This document shows, in pieces, positions 51,582 through 63,293 of a DNA stretch of 64,000 nt (its first letter is position 1; each line of letters opens with the position of its first letter). The position numbers were made by a program, and so were the translations under genes. The notes under the pieces were generated by a model. It saw nothing but the letters and a program-made list of their open reading frames with translations, searched no databases and was not told the DNA's origin. Origin of the DNA: Amphiscolops sp. MND2022 (taxonomy: Eukaryota); NCBI GenBank assembly GCA_964187785.1, contig OZ076409.1, forward strand, positions 83,144,001-83,208,000, in the 5' to 3' direction.

Positions 51582-53390
51582 ATGGCCCCAAGGTCACGTG
51601 GAGGTCGTCGAGGGGGTGGTCGTGGGGGAGGTCGCGGTGGCCGATCTGGAGGCAAGCGTGGTGGTAGAGTTTCCAAAGGGCGTGGTCGAAAGCCTTTCGG
51701 AGCCGGGTCCTCAAAAACCGGTAGCGATGCTCCTGAGAACATGAACCTTGAAATCTCAATCGATGATGTCCGCGCTTTGTTTCTCCATAGCACTTCCTTC
51801 GACCAACACAGAGACTCACAGACCCACGATCCTGCTCGTTACCAGGCAGCACTATTGGTTCTGATTGAACACAAACTGGAACTGAGCTCTGGATCTAAAG
51901 CCAGGGCTCTAGCAGCAGCGATTGCAAGACACGATCATGACTTGACGCGCATGATGTTGAAATTGCCAGATGTTTTCGGCATGGTTGAAGTCACAAAGGC
52001 ACTGTCTATGTTGGATGCAAACAGACAGTTGAAGAGAAACGAAGCGCGCTTGGCGAAGTTGACAGACCTGAAAGAAACAAAGGAGCATAAAGTGAAAAAC
52101 AGCAAGTTTGCGAAGCTTAAAAGCACTATTGGTAACTTGCAGTCACTGAAGGTCAAGGGATCCTTGAGTGGGGCGGTCGCTAGGCAAATCCAGAGATGGA
52201 CAATCACCATTCCAAAAGATGAGCTGGAATTCTATGCTTTGCACTACCCCAAAGAACCCTGGAAAGCAGTCGCAGATTTGTGCCACCTGAACCCTAAAAA
52301 ACATTTCCAGCTGGACTGGTTTTTGCCCTACTGCTTTGGCGCAGATGCCCCTGAGGGGTCTCTGGCTTACCAGTGCTCGCAATTGACAAAGGAAAATTTG
52401 AATGAAGTTCTACAAACAGTTAACATTCCTTACGCTTACTTGAAAAAACTCAAAGACTGGTTCGACGATGACACCAAAAAGCTTATTGCGACAAATCAAG
52501 ATTTGTCAACAATCATATGGTGGTTCGAGGACCTCCAGTGCAAAGGGGTCAACGAGATAATCGAAACGAAGCTAGATGCTGGAGAAAAAATCAAATTCAG
52601 CTATGGAAAACTGATGGAACGAATTTTTACCCTGCGGTCGAAGGCGCCACCCAAACTTGTGAACAAACTGATGTCCTTGGCTGAAACTAACCTTCGGGAG
52701 ATTTCATTGACCCTTGAATCCCCAATTGCGGTTTTGGGAGACAAAAGTGCATCTATGAGCGTCTGTGTAAAAACCAGCAACATCATAGCGAGCTTGCTTG
52801 CCATGATCTGTGATGCGCATATAAACTTCTTCGATAACAAACTGGTTGAGCCACCATTTTACCACAAAGACGTGGCCTCTGTTTTGGAACTGAGTGACAC
52901 TATCAAAGCCGGATGTTCAACTGCCCCCGCCGCCAGTTTGCTACCATTTTATGAAAAGAAACACAAAATAAATACATTCATTGTCGTTACAGATGAAGAA
53001 GAGAATACTTCCTGCAAATCCGGAGACCATTTTGACACATTGTTCACAAAATACGCCGACGAAGTTCACAAGGCCAAACTTGTTTTTGTGTCCTTTCTGT
53101 CTAGTCAAACAGACGATGGACAAATGGTTAAAAAACTGAAGAAAGCTGGTTTCTCAGAACTTGTTCAACAATTCAGGTTCGATCAATCGAGACCAGACTT
53201 GACAAAACTAGATCATATGTTCGCTGTGTTGTCTACAGCCGGAGACTGGTTCGAAGTTGAGGTCCAGCAGATGAAAGCCAAAATTGAAGCCGATGGGTTG
53301 TTGCCGGCCGCTCTGGGAAAATTGAACTTGAAAGAAGACAAGACAACCGAAGAGGGTTGGGAGTATGTAGCAGCTGATATTAACATTTGA
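51582..53390 (+). CDS. Intronless RGG-box + TROVE-like/vWA protein (Ro60-related), 602 aa, copy 2
   Basis: Same as copy 1 with four amino-acid differences (S/G, G/R, K/R, P/H); frame intact. Confidence 0.75.
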   Translation: MAPRSRGGRRGGGRGGGRGGRSGGKRGGRVSKGRGRKPFGAGSSKTGSDAPENMNLEISIDDVRALFLHSTSFDQHRDSQTHDPARYQAALLVLIEHKLELSSGSKARALAAAIARHDHDLTRMMLKLPDVFGMVEVTKALSMLDANRQLKRNEARLAKLTDLKETKEHKVKNSKFAKLKSTIGNLQSLKVKGSLSGAVARQIQRWTITIPKDELEFYALHYPKEPWKAVADLCHLNPKKHFQLDWFLPYCFGADAPEGSLAYQCSQLTKENLNEVLQTVNIPYAYLKKLKDWFDDDTKKLIATNQDLSTIIWWFEDLQCKGVNEIIETKLDAGEKIKFSYGKLMERIFTLRSKAPPKLVNKLMSLAETNLREISLTLESPIAVLGDKSASMSVCVKTSNIIASLLAMICDAHINFFDNKLVEPPFYHKDVASVLELSDTIKAGCSTAPAASLLPFYEKKHKINTFIVVTDEEENTSCKSGDHFDTLFTKYADEVHKAKLVFVSFLSSQTDDGQMVKKLKKAGFSELVQQFRFDQSRPDLTKLDHMFAVLSTAGDWFEVEVQQMKAKIEADGLLPAALGKLNLKEDKTTEEGWEYVAADINI

Positions 53391-53701
53391 ACATTAGAAA
53401 TCTGGTCCTAGAAACTATAGACTTTATATTTTGATCAGAAACATTTGTCTAACAAAATTATTGCCGTGATGTAGAAAAATATTATTTTGCTAAAAATGTA
53501 TTTTATAATATGTTTAGTTTTGATTTCTATGTGTATATTTTGTTCTCACAGTTTGAGTGCACTCACAACTCCGTAATGTGTGAAATTTGTCACCAAACCT
53601 TTGATTTCCAAAACTCTCGGGTGGAAAATCAATAGTTTAAAGTAAAGATTTTTGAACTCTTTTCACTCGACGCTTATGTGTGAGATACTCTTGTGATATT
53701 C

Positions 53702-54286
53702 TTAGTCGGCGCTTCATGAAGTGAAACGCGGCTATTATAGTGACTCTTTTTTTCAATCCACACGAACTGACCAAAATAGTTCGACAAAAGTTCTACAAAA
53801 CTTTATGGTCCCAAATTGAATCATTTGTCCTAGCGAACTGAACCAAAATGATTTTTCCTCTTTTTCCGCGTAACACCATACCGGGAGAGACTAAAGAGTC
53901 CCCTTTTCAGTTTTTTCGGCATTGTGAGACTTTTTTCGAAAAAACAATCCCCAAAGGGTCCCCCCTTCAATTTTTTGATGTTTTGCGACAGAATGCATGT
54001 TGAAAAATTCCAAAAGGTCCCCCTTTCAGTTTTTTCGGCATTGTGAGACTTTTTTCGGAGTCTTTTTTTCGAGAGAATTTTTTTCACCAATTTTTTCACC
54101 GTTCAATTTTTTGATGTTTTGCAACAATTAATGTTAAAAAATGCGAAAGGACCCCTCTTTTAGCGCGCCAGTTCCGTCGTTTGGGTTTTTCGTGAGTTTG
54201 ATATTTTGAGTTTTTTGACACTTTCATGTCCTTTTGCTGTTTTTGAGCTTTAGATATGGCTCCGATTATGCCGTTCCCGGCTTGTT
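53702..54286 (+). mobile_element. Helentron-like non-autonomous repeat
   Basis: TTAGTCGGCGC...CCGTTCCCGGCTTGTT. Confidence 0.65.
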
Positions 54287-54709
54287 CTTACGTATGTCGA
54301 AAGGCATCACATCTGAACATTCCAATATTTCAACGCTTTCACTAATTGCAATGAGGCTGAAATATGTATAATAACATTTTTGCTAACTTTATTCGAGTAA
54401 ATAGGTGACAAATGAATGTGTAAATAAAACTACAGATCATCGTTATTTTTCGCCCAGATTTCCATGTGGCAAAAGTAGAATACAAACTGAGCCGCGTTTG
54501 TTAGTTTTCATTTAGCTGTTTCAATTTTGTACCCAAATCATAGATGTTCTTCCACAGATTTGAAATACCTGGATTTTGGAATTTGTTCATGTAATTTCTG
54601 AAATATTTGAATTGAAAAAAGTTATTGCTAAAAGTGCCCCAAAATGACCCAAAAACAGTCAAACTTTCGAAACGTTCTTATATTGACCATTTTTATGCAA
54701 TGTTTGTAG

Positions 54710-55377
54710 TTTTTAGTCGGCGCTTCATGAAGTGAAACGCGACTATTATAGTGACTCTTTTTTTTTCTATCCACACGAACTGACCAAAATAGTTCTACAA
54801 AAGTTCTACAAAATATTATTGCATCAAAATGCACTATTTGGTCTAGCGAACTGAACCAAAAAGGTTTTTCCTGTTTTTCCGCGTAACATACCATACCGGG
54901 CGAGACCCTTTCATTTTTTTTCGGCACTGCGAGACTTTTTTTTCGAAAAAAAATTTTCCCCAAAGGGTCCCCCCTGCATTTTTTTTGATGTTTTGCGACA
55001 GAATGGATGTTGAAAAATCCCAAAGGGTCCCCCCTTTCAGTTTTTTTTCGGCATTGTGAGATTTTTTCCCGAAAATGAAAATTTTTGTTTTCTTCAATTT
55101 TTTCATGTTTTGCGACAGAATGGATGTTGAAAAACCTCAAAGGGTCCACCCTTTCAGTTTTTCGGCATTGTGAGACTTAAGCGCGCCAGGGGCTCGCGCT
55201 AGTGAGCCCCGGCGCGCCACTCGGTCCATTTTTTTGAGTATGTAATTTTTTCGAAAATTTTTTTTTCAAAAAATTTCGATTTTCGAGTACTGTAAAAGAG
55301 TACTTGACACTTGGAAGTCTTTTTGCTATTTTTGAGCCTTGGATATGGCGCCGACTTGGGCCGGTCCCGGCTTGTTT
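54710..55377 (+). mobile_element. Helentron-like non-autonomous repeat
   Basis: TTTTTAGTCGGCGC...GCGCCGACTTGGGCCGGTCCCGGCTTGTTT. Confidence 0.7.
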
Positions 55378-55878
55378 CAACTCCGAGTTGCTGTTCCTAA
55401 AAGCATCTTGGATTTCCCTCCTTAATCGTAGAGGAACGTAGTGAATGCTGAAACAATTGAAGAATTTTCAGTTGTTCAAGCATTCACTACGTTCAAGGAG
55501 AGAAACTCAAAATTCTTTTTGGAAAGAGCAATAAATTTTTTAAAAATCAGAAACCGCCCTAAATAGAGAAACTACAAAGATACGTTCAAAATCCATTTGA
55601 AAGAAGAAGAAATAGCAAAAAGGTTAGATCTACGGTACAGTTTTTCCGGGACCACACGATCTCCGAACGATGATGGCAAGCTCGAATCTATTGCAGTTTT
55701 TGTGAATCATTCTACGCTGTAGAGTACCGAAACTTGCCGATAGCGAAATGCATCCGAGAAACGTCGAATAAGTGAAGCATCGTGCTATATTAGAAGCAGC
55801 ATTTTATTCAATACGGTAGTTTAGTTCCCAGAAACTAGTTTCACTTAAAAATTTTGGTTTTTCAACGAAAGACTTTTC

Positions 55879-55880
<2 letters not shown>

Positions 55881-55918
<38 letters not shown>
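55881..55918. repeat. (TC)19 microsatellite
   Basis: Read directly from the sequence. Confidence 0.95.
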
Positions 55919-55922
<4 letters not shown>

Positions 55923-57389
55923 GTTTCGAAACAAAAATAGTGGAATACTGCCACAGCCCCCACCGGGCTGTGAGAACTTTGAGTAGGAAATGAGAATATT
56001 TGGGCGAAAGTACGACGAAGAGTAGAAAGAAGAAAACTTAACGATTAACCAATCAAAACTCGAAACAGTGGGAGTTACAGTATTTATTCATAGAAAATAA
56101 TGTAGTATACAAGTGATATTAAAGTGCAGTATTCATACATATTGATATAAAAAGACCGGTGAACACAACATGCTCAAGTTAGTGATTGGAAGGAAACAAA
56201 CAACCGTGCTGACTGAAAAATCAGTCGAACAAAATGAGCGTCGACTCAAATAGACATTTCTTTCAGTTGAGTAGCAGCTCAACCAATCAGAGCCGAGCCG
56301 TAAATAAAAAAGACAAGCAGCGCTGCCATTAGGCAGTCTACCAGGCTGTGAAATCTGAGTCAACGGCTTAGTCAATCATCCTGTTGACTCACCATTTCAA
56401 CTGTTTAAATTTAAACTTGTATTAACAAATGGACGCAGTAAATGGCGTGAAAGTTGCTAAAAAGTGTCGAAGAATCGAAACACAATAATCCTTTGATTTA
56501 TATTGTTGTAATGAACCATTATTGTTGTCTATAATCTGAGTCACCATCTCAAGCAGCATACTCACTCAACATGGTCATTCATTCCAATGAAATGTTTTGT
56601 TGTAAAACCACTTTCTGTGCAACATTTATTCAAGAACAACCTTATTGATTGTTGAGTTATTACTTTGAATGCAATAAACCATAGTAGAGTGTGGCTAATT
56701 CCACCTGTTCGGTATTTGCATTTTTTGTATTGGACAAAGTAATGAGGCATCGTTACAGGCGTACGAGTGTCAGTGTAATGATTCACATCATGAATCTACA
56801 ACAAAATTTCGATCAACGGACATACATAAAGACGATGTGGACGAATCACAGCACTCGACCAATCAGAGAACGCCAGGAAATGATAAAAGATTCATAACCA
56901 GACGAACGAGACACAGAAGTGAACAGAGAGACAATAAAACCAGTTGTTGAGTACCTGTGCTCTTAAATTGTTCTCACAACGCTTTTCTCAATTCTTCATA
57001 TCAACCTCTTGAAAACAATTGAGATTTACATCCACTTATAATAATTCTTTGCTCTCTTTCTTTTCAATTTGTAGCAACTCAGTTGAGGCCTAAGAACGCA
57101 TCTTAGAAACTGAACAAAGATCTTAAATGAGACTAACTGCTCGCCAACTAAGATCATCACATCGTGACAGATGTCCTTTTCTCTCCAACTACAGAATACC
57201 CCATTCACCGGTGAATTGCAAATATTGCACTCCTCAACTCGACCTCTCTATCTCTTAAATAAAAATGACAAAATTGAATCACATATAATATCTGCTCAAC
57301 TGTCAGATGAAATAAAATAAAATCCTTCAATACTTCAATTTTTACTCTCAAAACACCTACACTTGAACCTCACCAAGTTTCATCTTCCA

Positions 57390-58870
57390 AATGCAGTTAC
57401 AACCATTTGTTAACCTACAGCCTTTTAAAGGCACGGAAGCTAAAAACATCGAAGAATTCTTCAGACAGTTGACTAGTTAGTTGTATGCCATCGCAGCAAT
57501 TCCAGACGCAAATCGACACACCTACCTACATTTACATTTGAAAGGTGGCGCACTAGCTTTTTTCCATCAGCTTCCTCAAGCAACTCGAGAGGTCTACGAT
57601 AGCGCAGTTTCTGCTTTGCGATAGCGCTATAAATATGTTCAATGTATTCTGCTTCAAAAACTAAAATTCCGAGCACGAAATTACAACCCTCTGAAGAAAA
57701 TGTTCAACACTTTCTAAAATAACTTCAGACACTGGCACTTGAAGCATACCCTGACATACAAGCAGGAGCTGCTGCTGGTTGACGTCCTGCAGTATTAGCA
57801 GAACAACGTGCGAATGAAAGAACACGAAGAGTGAAAAAAAACTTCATCAATGGCATGCCAATAAAGTAAGGACACTTTCTCTTACCTCAACTAGAAAATT
57901 CTACGGTTGAAGAATTGTGCGCAAAAGCAGCAAGCCGTATGCTCGTGGATAGGCTTTACCCGGAAGAAGACGACAGCGCCTTTATAGAGCTCAGAGGCAC
58001 ATCCTCCAAGAACTTTTTCGCACGCATAGAAGTCCTCGCGAAAGCTCAATTGAAATTCATTGCAGACACAACGAAAGTTACAGATGAACTCAAGGAACTG
58101 AGCAAGGACCTCAACTCAGCCTCCTTGAATGAGATGTCTACAGACAACCAAAAAAAAAGACGAACCAAAACACGTCCAACAACAGAGGTAACTATCGAAG
58201 GAACTATACAGGTAACTACAAAGGAAATAACAGTGGACACTACCGTGGTACTTCTCAAGGGAATTACAGAGGTAATAATCCTCGATACCAAGGCCCATGC
58301 AATCAACACAATAGACAAAACTGGCGTAGTGGACGGAGCCCTTGCTCTCTATATACAAAGCCTCGCACTTCACATTTTTCCATTCCTTTAAACTTTTCAT
58401 TCTGCGTTAAAGCCTTCATTGACTTTGCTGCTTTTCCTAGTGGTATGCCCCTTCATATTTTAAAAAACTTGAAACGACTTGTACTCACCTCATATCCTTC
58501 TATAACCCTACTAGTACTACTGTAAAAGTCGCTAGTGGTACTGCAATTTCCACGTGTGGATCTTTTACAGCTACCTTTAAAATAGCTTACGAATCTTTCT
58601 CCGAACTTTTTCTTATCTTACGCTCTATGAATCAAACCATTTTGGGACTACCGTTCTTCGAAAAGGATGACATTATCATTCACCCGAAAACTCGTACTTT
58701 GAAACTACCACACATTACAATTCAGCTAAGAGAACGGATCCATAAGGATGGTAAAATTAGTGCTCTTACTCCAAAGAAAAACCTGTTTGTGAAAACACAC
58801 CAATCTTTTGCTATCAAACCCAGTTCTAGAGAAACAATCCCTTTTTCATTAAATCACGTTACATTTCCAA
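57390..58870 (+). pseudogene. Decayed Gypsy gag-protease remnant
   Basis: MQLQPFVNLQPFKG..NIEEFFRQL (gag-like); VKVASG...FLILRSMNQTILGLPFFEK..IIIHPKTRTLKLP parallels the protease end of the first element. Many stops and frameshifts. Confidence 0.7.
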
Positions 58871-59977
58871 CCAATTTCATCACAGTCAGTAGTCATACCT
58901 GCACTTCTTCCCGTAATTTCATCTACCATTTACAGTTGTTCCCTTTTTCCCTCAGCTTTGAAGTGTTTCCAAAGGATGAATAGGTGCTAAATTGATTAAT
59001 ATGGCAGTTTATTGTCGTAATCAGTGAATTTTGTTTCATGTTTGTTTGCATTTCCAATGGAAAATATATTCTTTTTTACCACGACAGTTGGGTAGGTGGA
59101 TGAAATTTAGTGTCGATTTGGGTTCGGCGTCCTAATTTGGCGGGGATTGAACTCGAGGGAACGCGCAATTGGGATGGATTCAAGCAGGAAGTTGGTTCCC
59201 ACTTCTTTTTGAAGTGCGATGAAGTCGGAAGCTGAATCTCGAGGAACCTTCTCTTCGTTGGATTTCCCCGCCTTGGAAGAGCACTGACTTGAACAAGGTA
59301 AGAAATGTGAAAAGGCGTGTCCAATGAAAAGTCCTTTTCACGCGGTAGTGGGAAAATCATACTTTTAGCGGTTATTCATATTGGCGTTTGTTGATCATTC
59401 AATTTGGCCTTGTAAGCCTTTGAAATTTTTTTCGACTACTTTACTAACTTGGTCAAACAAAGCAACAATTAAAGAACAAGATTAGGTAAACCAGTTCACG
59501 TTTATGTCAGTCCACTGTTTCACTTTTGCCATTGCTGAAAAGTGTCAAAGGAAAAGCTACGGAAGGATCCTCCTCCAGTTTTGTGTTTCGTCAGTAGATG
59601 AAATGGAAGTTGTGATTTCAGTTGGAGACAAAAACTTACAACGATAACAAAATACTCGAAACAAATCTCTATTAAATTGGAATATACGGTATCAAGACGC
59701 CTGAAAGACACTGAGTTGGGTCAGAGAAAGATTTTAAAGGTTAATTGAGAAACTGTCTTGCAAAGAAAATTTGCCTAGACCTGGCTCTGAACAATGTAGT
59801 TCTGCTGAGAGGGATACGCCAAGTTTTTTTGCTGCTCATGTTTATTCAAAATTTTGTATCGGTCAGAGAATAGTAGCAATATCTCGAGGTGGTGAGTCCT
59901 CAGAGCAACTAAATGGTAAGGTAGCAAACAACCCTTTCCAGATTTTCGATAACTCATCTATATCATCTACATCAATC

Positions 59978-60240
59978 AACAAGACGGGAACGTCTAAAGT
60001 CGGCGCTATATCTAAGGCTGAAAGAGCGCAAATTTGAAATATGCATAGAACGTTTTCATGAATAAAAAACCAAAGGGGGACCCTTTGGAATAACTTAGAT
60101 GCGTTTCCGGGGTATTCGTTTAGTTTCCTTTAGTTGAAGATACTGAACGTTAACGTTTGTCGCTTCGAGTCTGTCTTGAATAAAAAAACGAGTGACTGTA
60201 ATAGTCGGGCTCTTTTATTAATAAAAGCGCCGACTAAAAA
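59978..60240 (-). mobile_element. Short Helentron-like non-autonomous repeat
   Basis: AACAAGACGGGAACGTCTAAAGTCGGCGC...GCGCCGACTAAAAA. Confidence 0.65.
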
Positions 60241-61030
60241 CAGGTGAAGGTAATTGTAGTAAATGTCCCCATCAATGTTTATCGGAGTTGATATCTATAT
60301 TTGAAACAAAATTTGCGATAGACATCGCAAATTTCGATAAAAAGTATCTTTGCAGACTAAACATTATTTTGTGTTTTCTTTGGAAGATTAACGAACTTTG
60401 GAAGGTACTCTTTCTTAGTGAAAGAGTTGATCCAACTCGAAACTTTGTATAAAACAGTCTCTGTAAACAATTGTCATTTTCCGCCCCCACAAATTATTGT
60501 GTAGGGAGAGAAAAATCACCATCTGTGCTGTATTTTTTTCCAAATTCCGCCAAATCTCCACTCCATTACTCTATTTAAGTATCTGGATATTTTAGTCACC
60601 GTGGCCCATTTGGTGGCGCGTCCTCCTGACAACCGTGTTGAAGCCTGGAAATATTGCGCTATGACCCGAATTGTTGACGCTAAATCCGAACAATGTTGCT
60701 ACTAAGGTTTCACTAAGAAGGAGGCGGAGGTTCAAAAAAGCGCTCTCATTCATCCCAGCAATCTCAATCCGAACGTTTGACGCGATTTACGAAGTGAATC
60801 GTATTACACTAAGCAGGAAATGGTTCAAAAATATTGCGCTATATGCGAATTTTGACGTTATATCCAAAGTAAATTGCGTTTTACTAGGGAGGAGACGGAT
60901 GTTCGATTCTCATCAGTTTAATTGTTTTGTCTCCGAGACAAGTCCTTCTATAATCGAAACAAAAGTACACTATAAATGATTTTTGACTTTATACCCGAAG
61001 TAATTGATAACTCTGGCGAGATTAAATATC

Positions 61031-61302
61031 AACAACCGGGACCGGCCCAAGTCGGTGCCATGTCTAAGGCTCAAAAATAGCAAAAGGCCTTCAAAATTTC
61101 AAAGTATTGGTGAAATGAGGACCCTTTTACGAAAAAAAAATTTGAAAAAACGTCTCACATTGTCGAAAAAACTTAAGGGGAGACCCTTTGGTCTCGTTCG
61201 GTATTATATGTTACGCGGGAAACCTTTTTGGATCAGTTCCTTGGTCCAACAGGTACAATTTGACGTCTTCTTAAAATTTTGTAGAACGTTTGGTAGAACT
61301 AT
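61031..61302 (-). mobile_element. Helentron-like repeat interrupted by an LTR
   Basis: AACAACCGGGACCGGCCCAAGTCGGTGCC end; the repeat breaks at 61302. Confidence 0.6.
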
Positions 61303-62455
61303 TGTTGCGACTGTTTATCGGGGTAGTTTTAGAAGCAGTCGCAGTAGTTTTATTTCTGATCGGAGTTGAAGTTGCGTTTTCCGGAATGTTTTCGGGATCA
61401 GAATCAGACTCTTCCGCTGTTCTTATTGCAGGTTGTTTTTTAGCGGTTGGGGCGATTAGTCTTAGCATTTCCTTCTGGTTCTCAGCTAAGATTTTACTAA
61501 GATCAGACATTATTTCCTTTCTTAGTGATGATTTTATTTCCTCTAAGTTATCTGCAGAGACTTTAGGAGATTTGCTTGTACCAGCTACAGGATTTACACT
61601 CGGAGTGTTTTCGGGTAGAGGAGTTTCTATTTCAGTTGAAATAAGCTCTTCAGCTGCTTTTCTCTTTTGACTTCTAGTGGTCATTTTCAGAGTTCAAGAG
61701 CAAGGTCTTCGGAAATATTTAAATTCGTCGAAGAAATTGAGTTTTCGTTGTTATAACGGAACAGAGTTATTAGCAGTAGAACAAAAGATTGATTAAATTT
61801 TACATGAAGATTCTAGCTATATATACCTTTCAAGCATCATTTGTTCCTCACCTAAAAATTCCTAGGAATCCCTAAAATCCGTTTTGTTCACTAAAAATGC
61901 TTAATCATCCATATCATTTCAACCCTTTAATTAATTGTTCACAATTTTAAATTCCTAGTTACGGTTCCCTTACGAAGTACTTGTTGAAATCATTTTTGTT
62001 CAACACTCCCATTTCCGGTTTCATCACGGAAAAGGCGGCAAAATAAATGCCTAGTTTGAATTTCTATCGCAAAAGGCACGCTGACGTGAACAATGATTCA
62101 CTCACTGTCTAGCGAAGAACATCCGTTCGCAACAAAAGTATGACAAGCAAAAATGGTTACGGAAATATTGCGGATGAATTTTAGACTAAAGTGTTAAACA
62201 TTTTGGAAAGGAACAAATGATGCTGGGGAGTAATTAGCACATATCAGGGATTGAGTTATCGTAATAAAACACAACTTTAGATTGTAATTTACATGCAACA
62301 ATTGGGCTAAATATTCTAACTGTAATTTACATGCGTAGATTGGGTTAAATAATATAACAAACATAATTCACCACAAACTTCAACAAACATAAAATACCGT
62401 TTCAACAACGGAGAGCACCTGTTTCACATATTTTCTTCTGTCTTGATCTGCAACA
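61303..62455 (-). mobile_element. Solo LTR (1153 bp) of a third Gypsy family containing a gag-like N-terminal ORF
   Basis: TGTTGC...GCAACA terminal inverted repeats. ORF MTTRSQKRK... starts at 61684 and is open to the LTR end. Flanks ACTAT and CGAAT do not match. Confidence 0.7.
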
Positions 62456-63293
62456 CGAATGTTTTAATTGATCACGAAACGGGACAAATCCGGATGGAAA
62501 AAGTGAAAACTTGTAATGTTTTGAATATTTTAGTATGATTCTACATGTTCTCAGGAATGTCTTGATGTATTAGAATATTCTCTGAGTCTTAGGATTTTCC
62601 ACGGTTGTTTTACATGTATTAACATTAGGTATAGCTTCATCTATTACAATTTGCTCCGTAAACGCCCCGTAAATGCTCCGTACGTATTGAGATTGAGTGT
62701 AGCTTTCTTAGCTGCTAGCGGAACAAACTCGGAGTAAATTCGCCATCTTTAAATTCATTCTTAGTGACGTCATCGGAGTGGTTTCTTACTAGCGTGAGCG
62801 CAAATATACCGGTCTTAGCAGCGACGCTATTGGTCCGTAAAAATAGAAATACCTGTTACTTGTTTATCTGAGCGACGCTGTCATAACGTTGTAAAAGTTT
62901 GCTCAGGTTACTTGACTGTAATTTGAGAGGCTTTCTTACAACTACTTCAGATTCCAAATTGAATCTGCTATACTATTTTGATGTTCTTTTCATTTTAGAT
63001 CGTATGAGTTCCGTTGGGATTACGGAATTAAATATTGTTTTAGTGTTTTCATTTCAGTGTGGAAAGGAGAGAAATGATCCCAGCGTTATGAGTGTTTTTC
63101 TTTCTTAATATTTAGATTGGCATGCAATTTTCAGCCGTTGAAACCGGAAGTAACAAAAATGTTTACATGTGAAAACATTAAACCGGAAATCTTATTTTGC
63201 TTAAAATCATTTTGGATACTTTCACGTAACGCTTCCGTGGATTTTAATTCGTGTTGCAGTCTAGACAAAGGTGAGTTAATGTATAAAGTTTAC

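Larger units (their letters stand above)
44060..54180 (+). repeat. Direct tandem duplication, unit ~5.06 kb (44060-49118, 49119-54174)
   Basis: Near-identical colinear copies; CGTCGT microhomology at 44060, 49119 and 54175. Confidence 0.95.

Noticed and set aside
54628..55149. 173-aa ORF and similar K/F-rich ORFs at 23078-23786, 43184-43459 and 48774-49043
   Set aside because: Chance frames through the internal sub-repeats of the Helentron-like family.
59076..59460. Integrase fragment
   Set aside because: Only a faint resemblance; no catalytic or zinc motif can be read.
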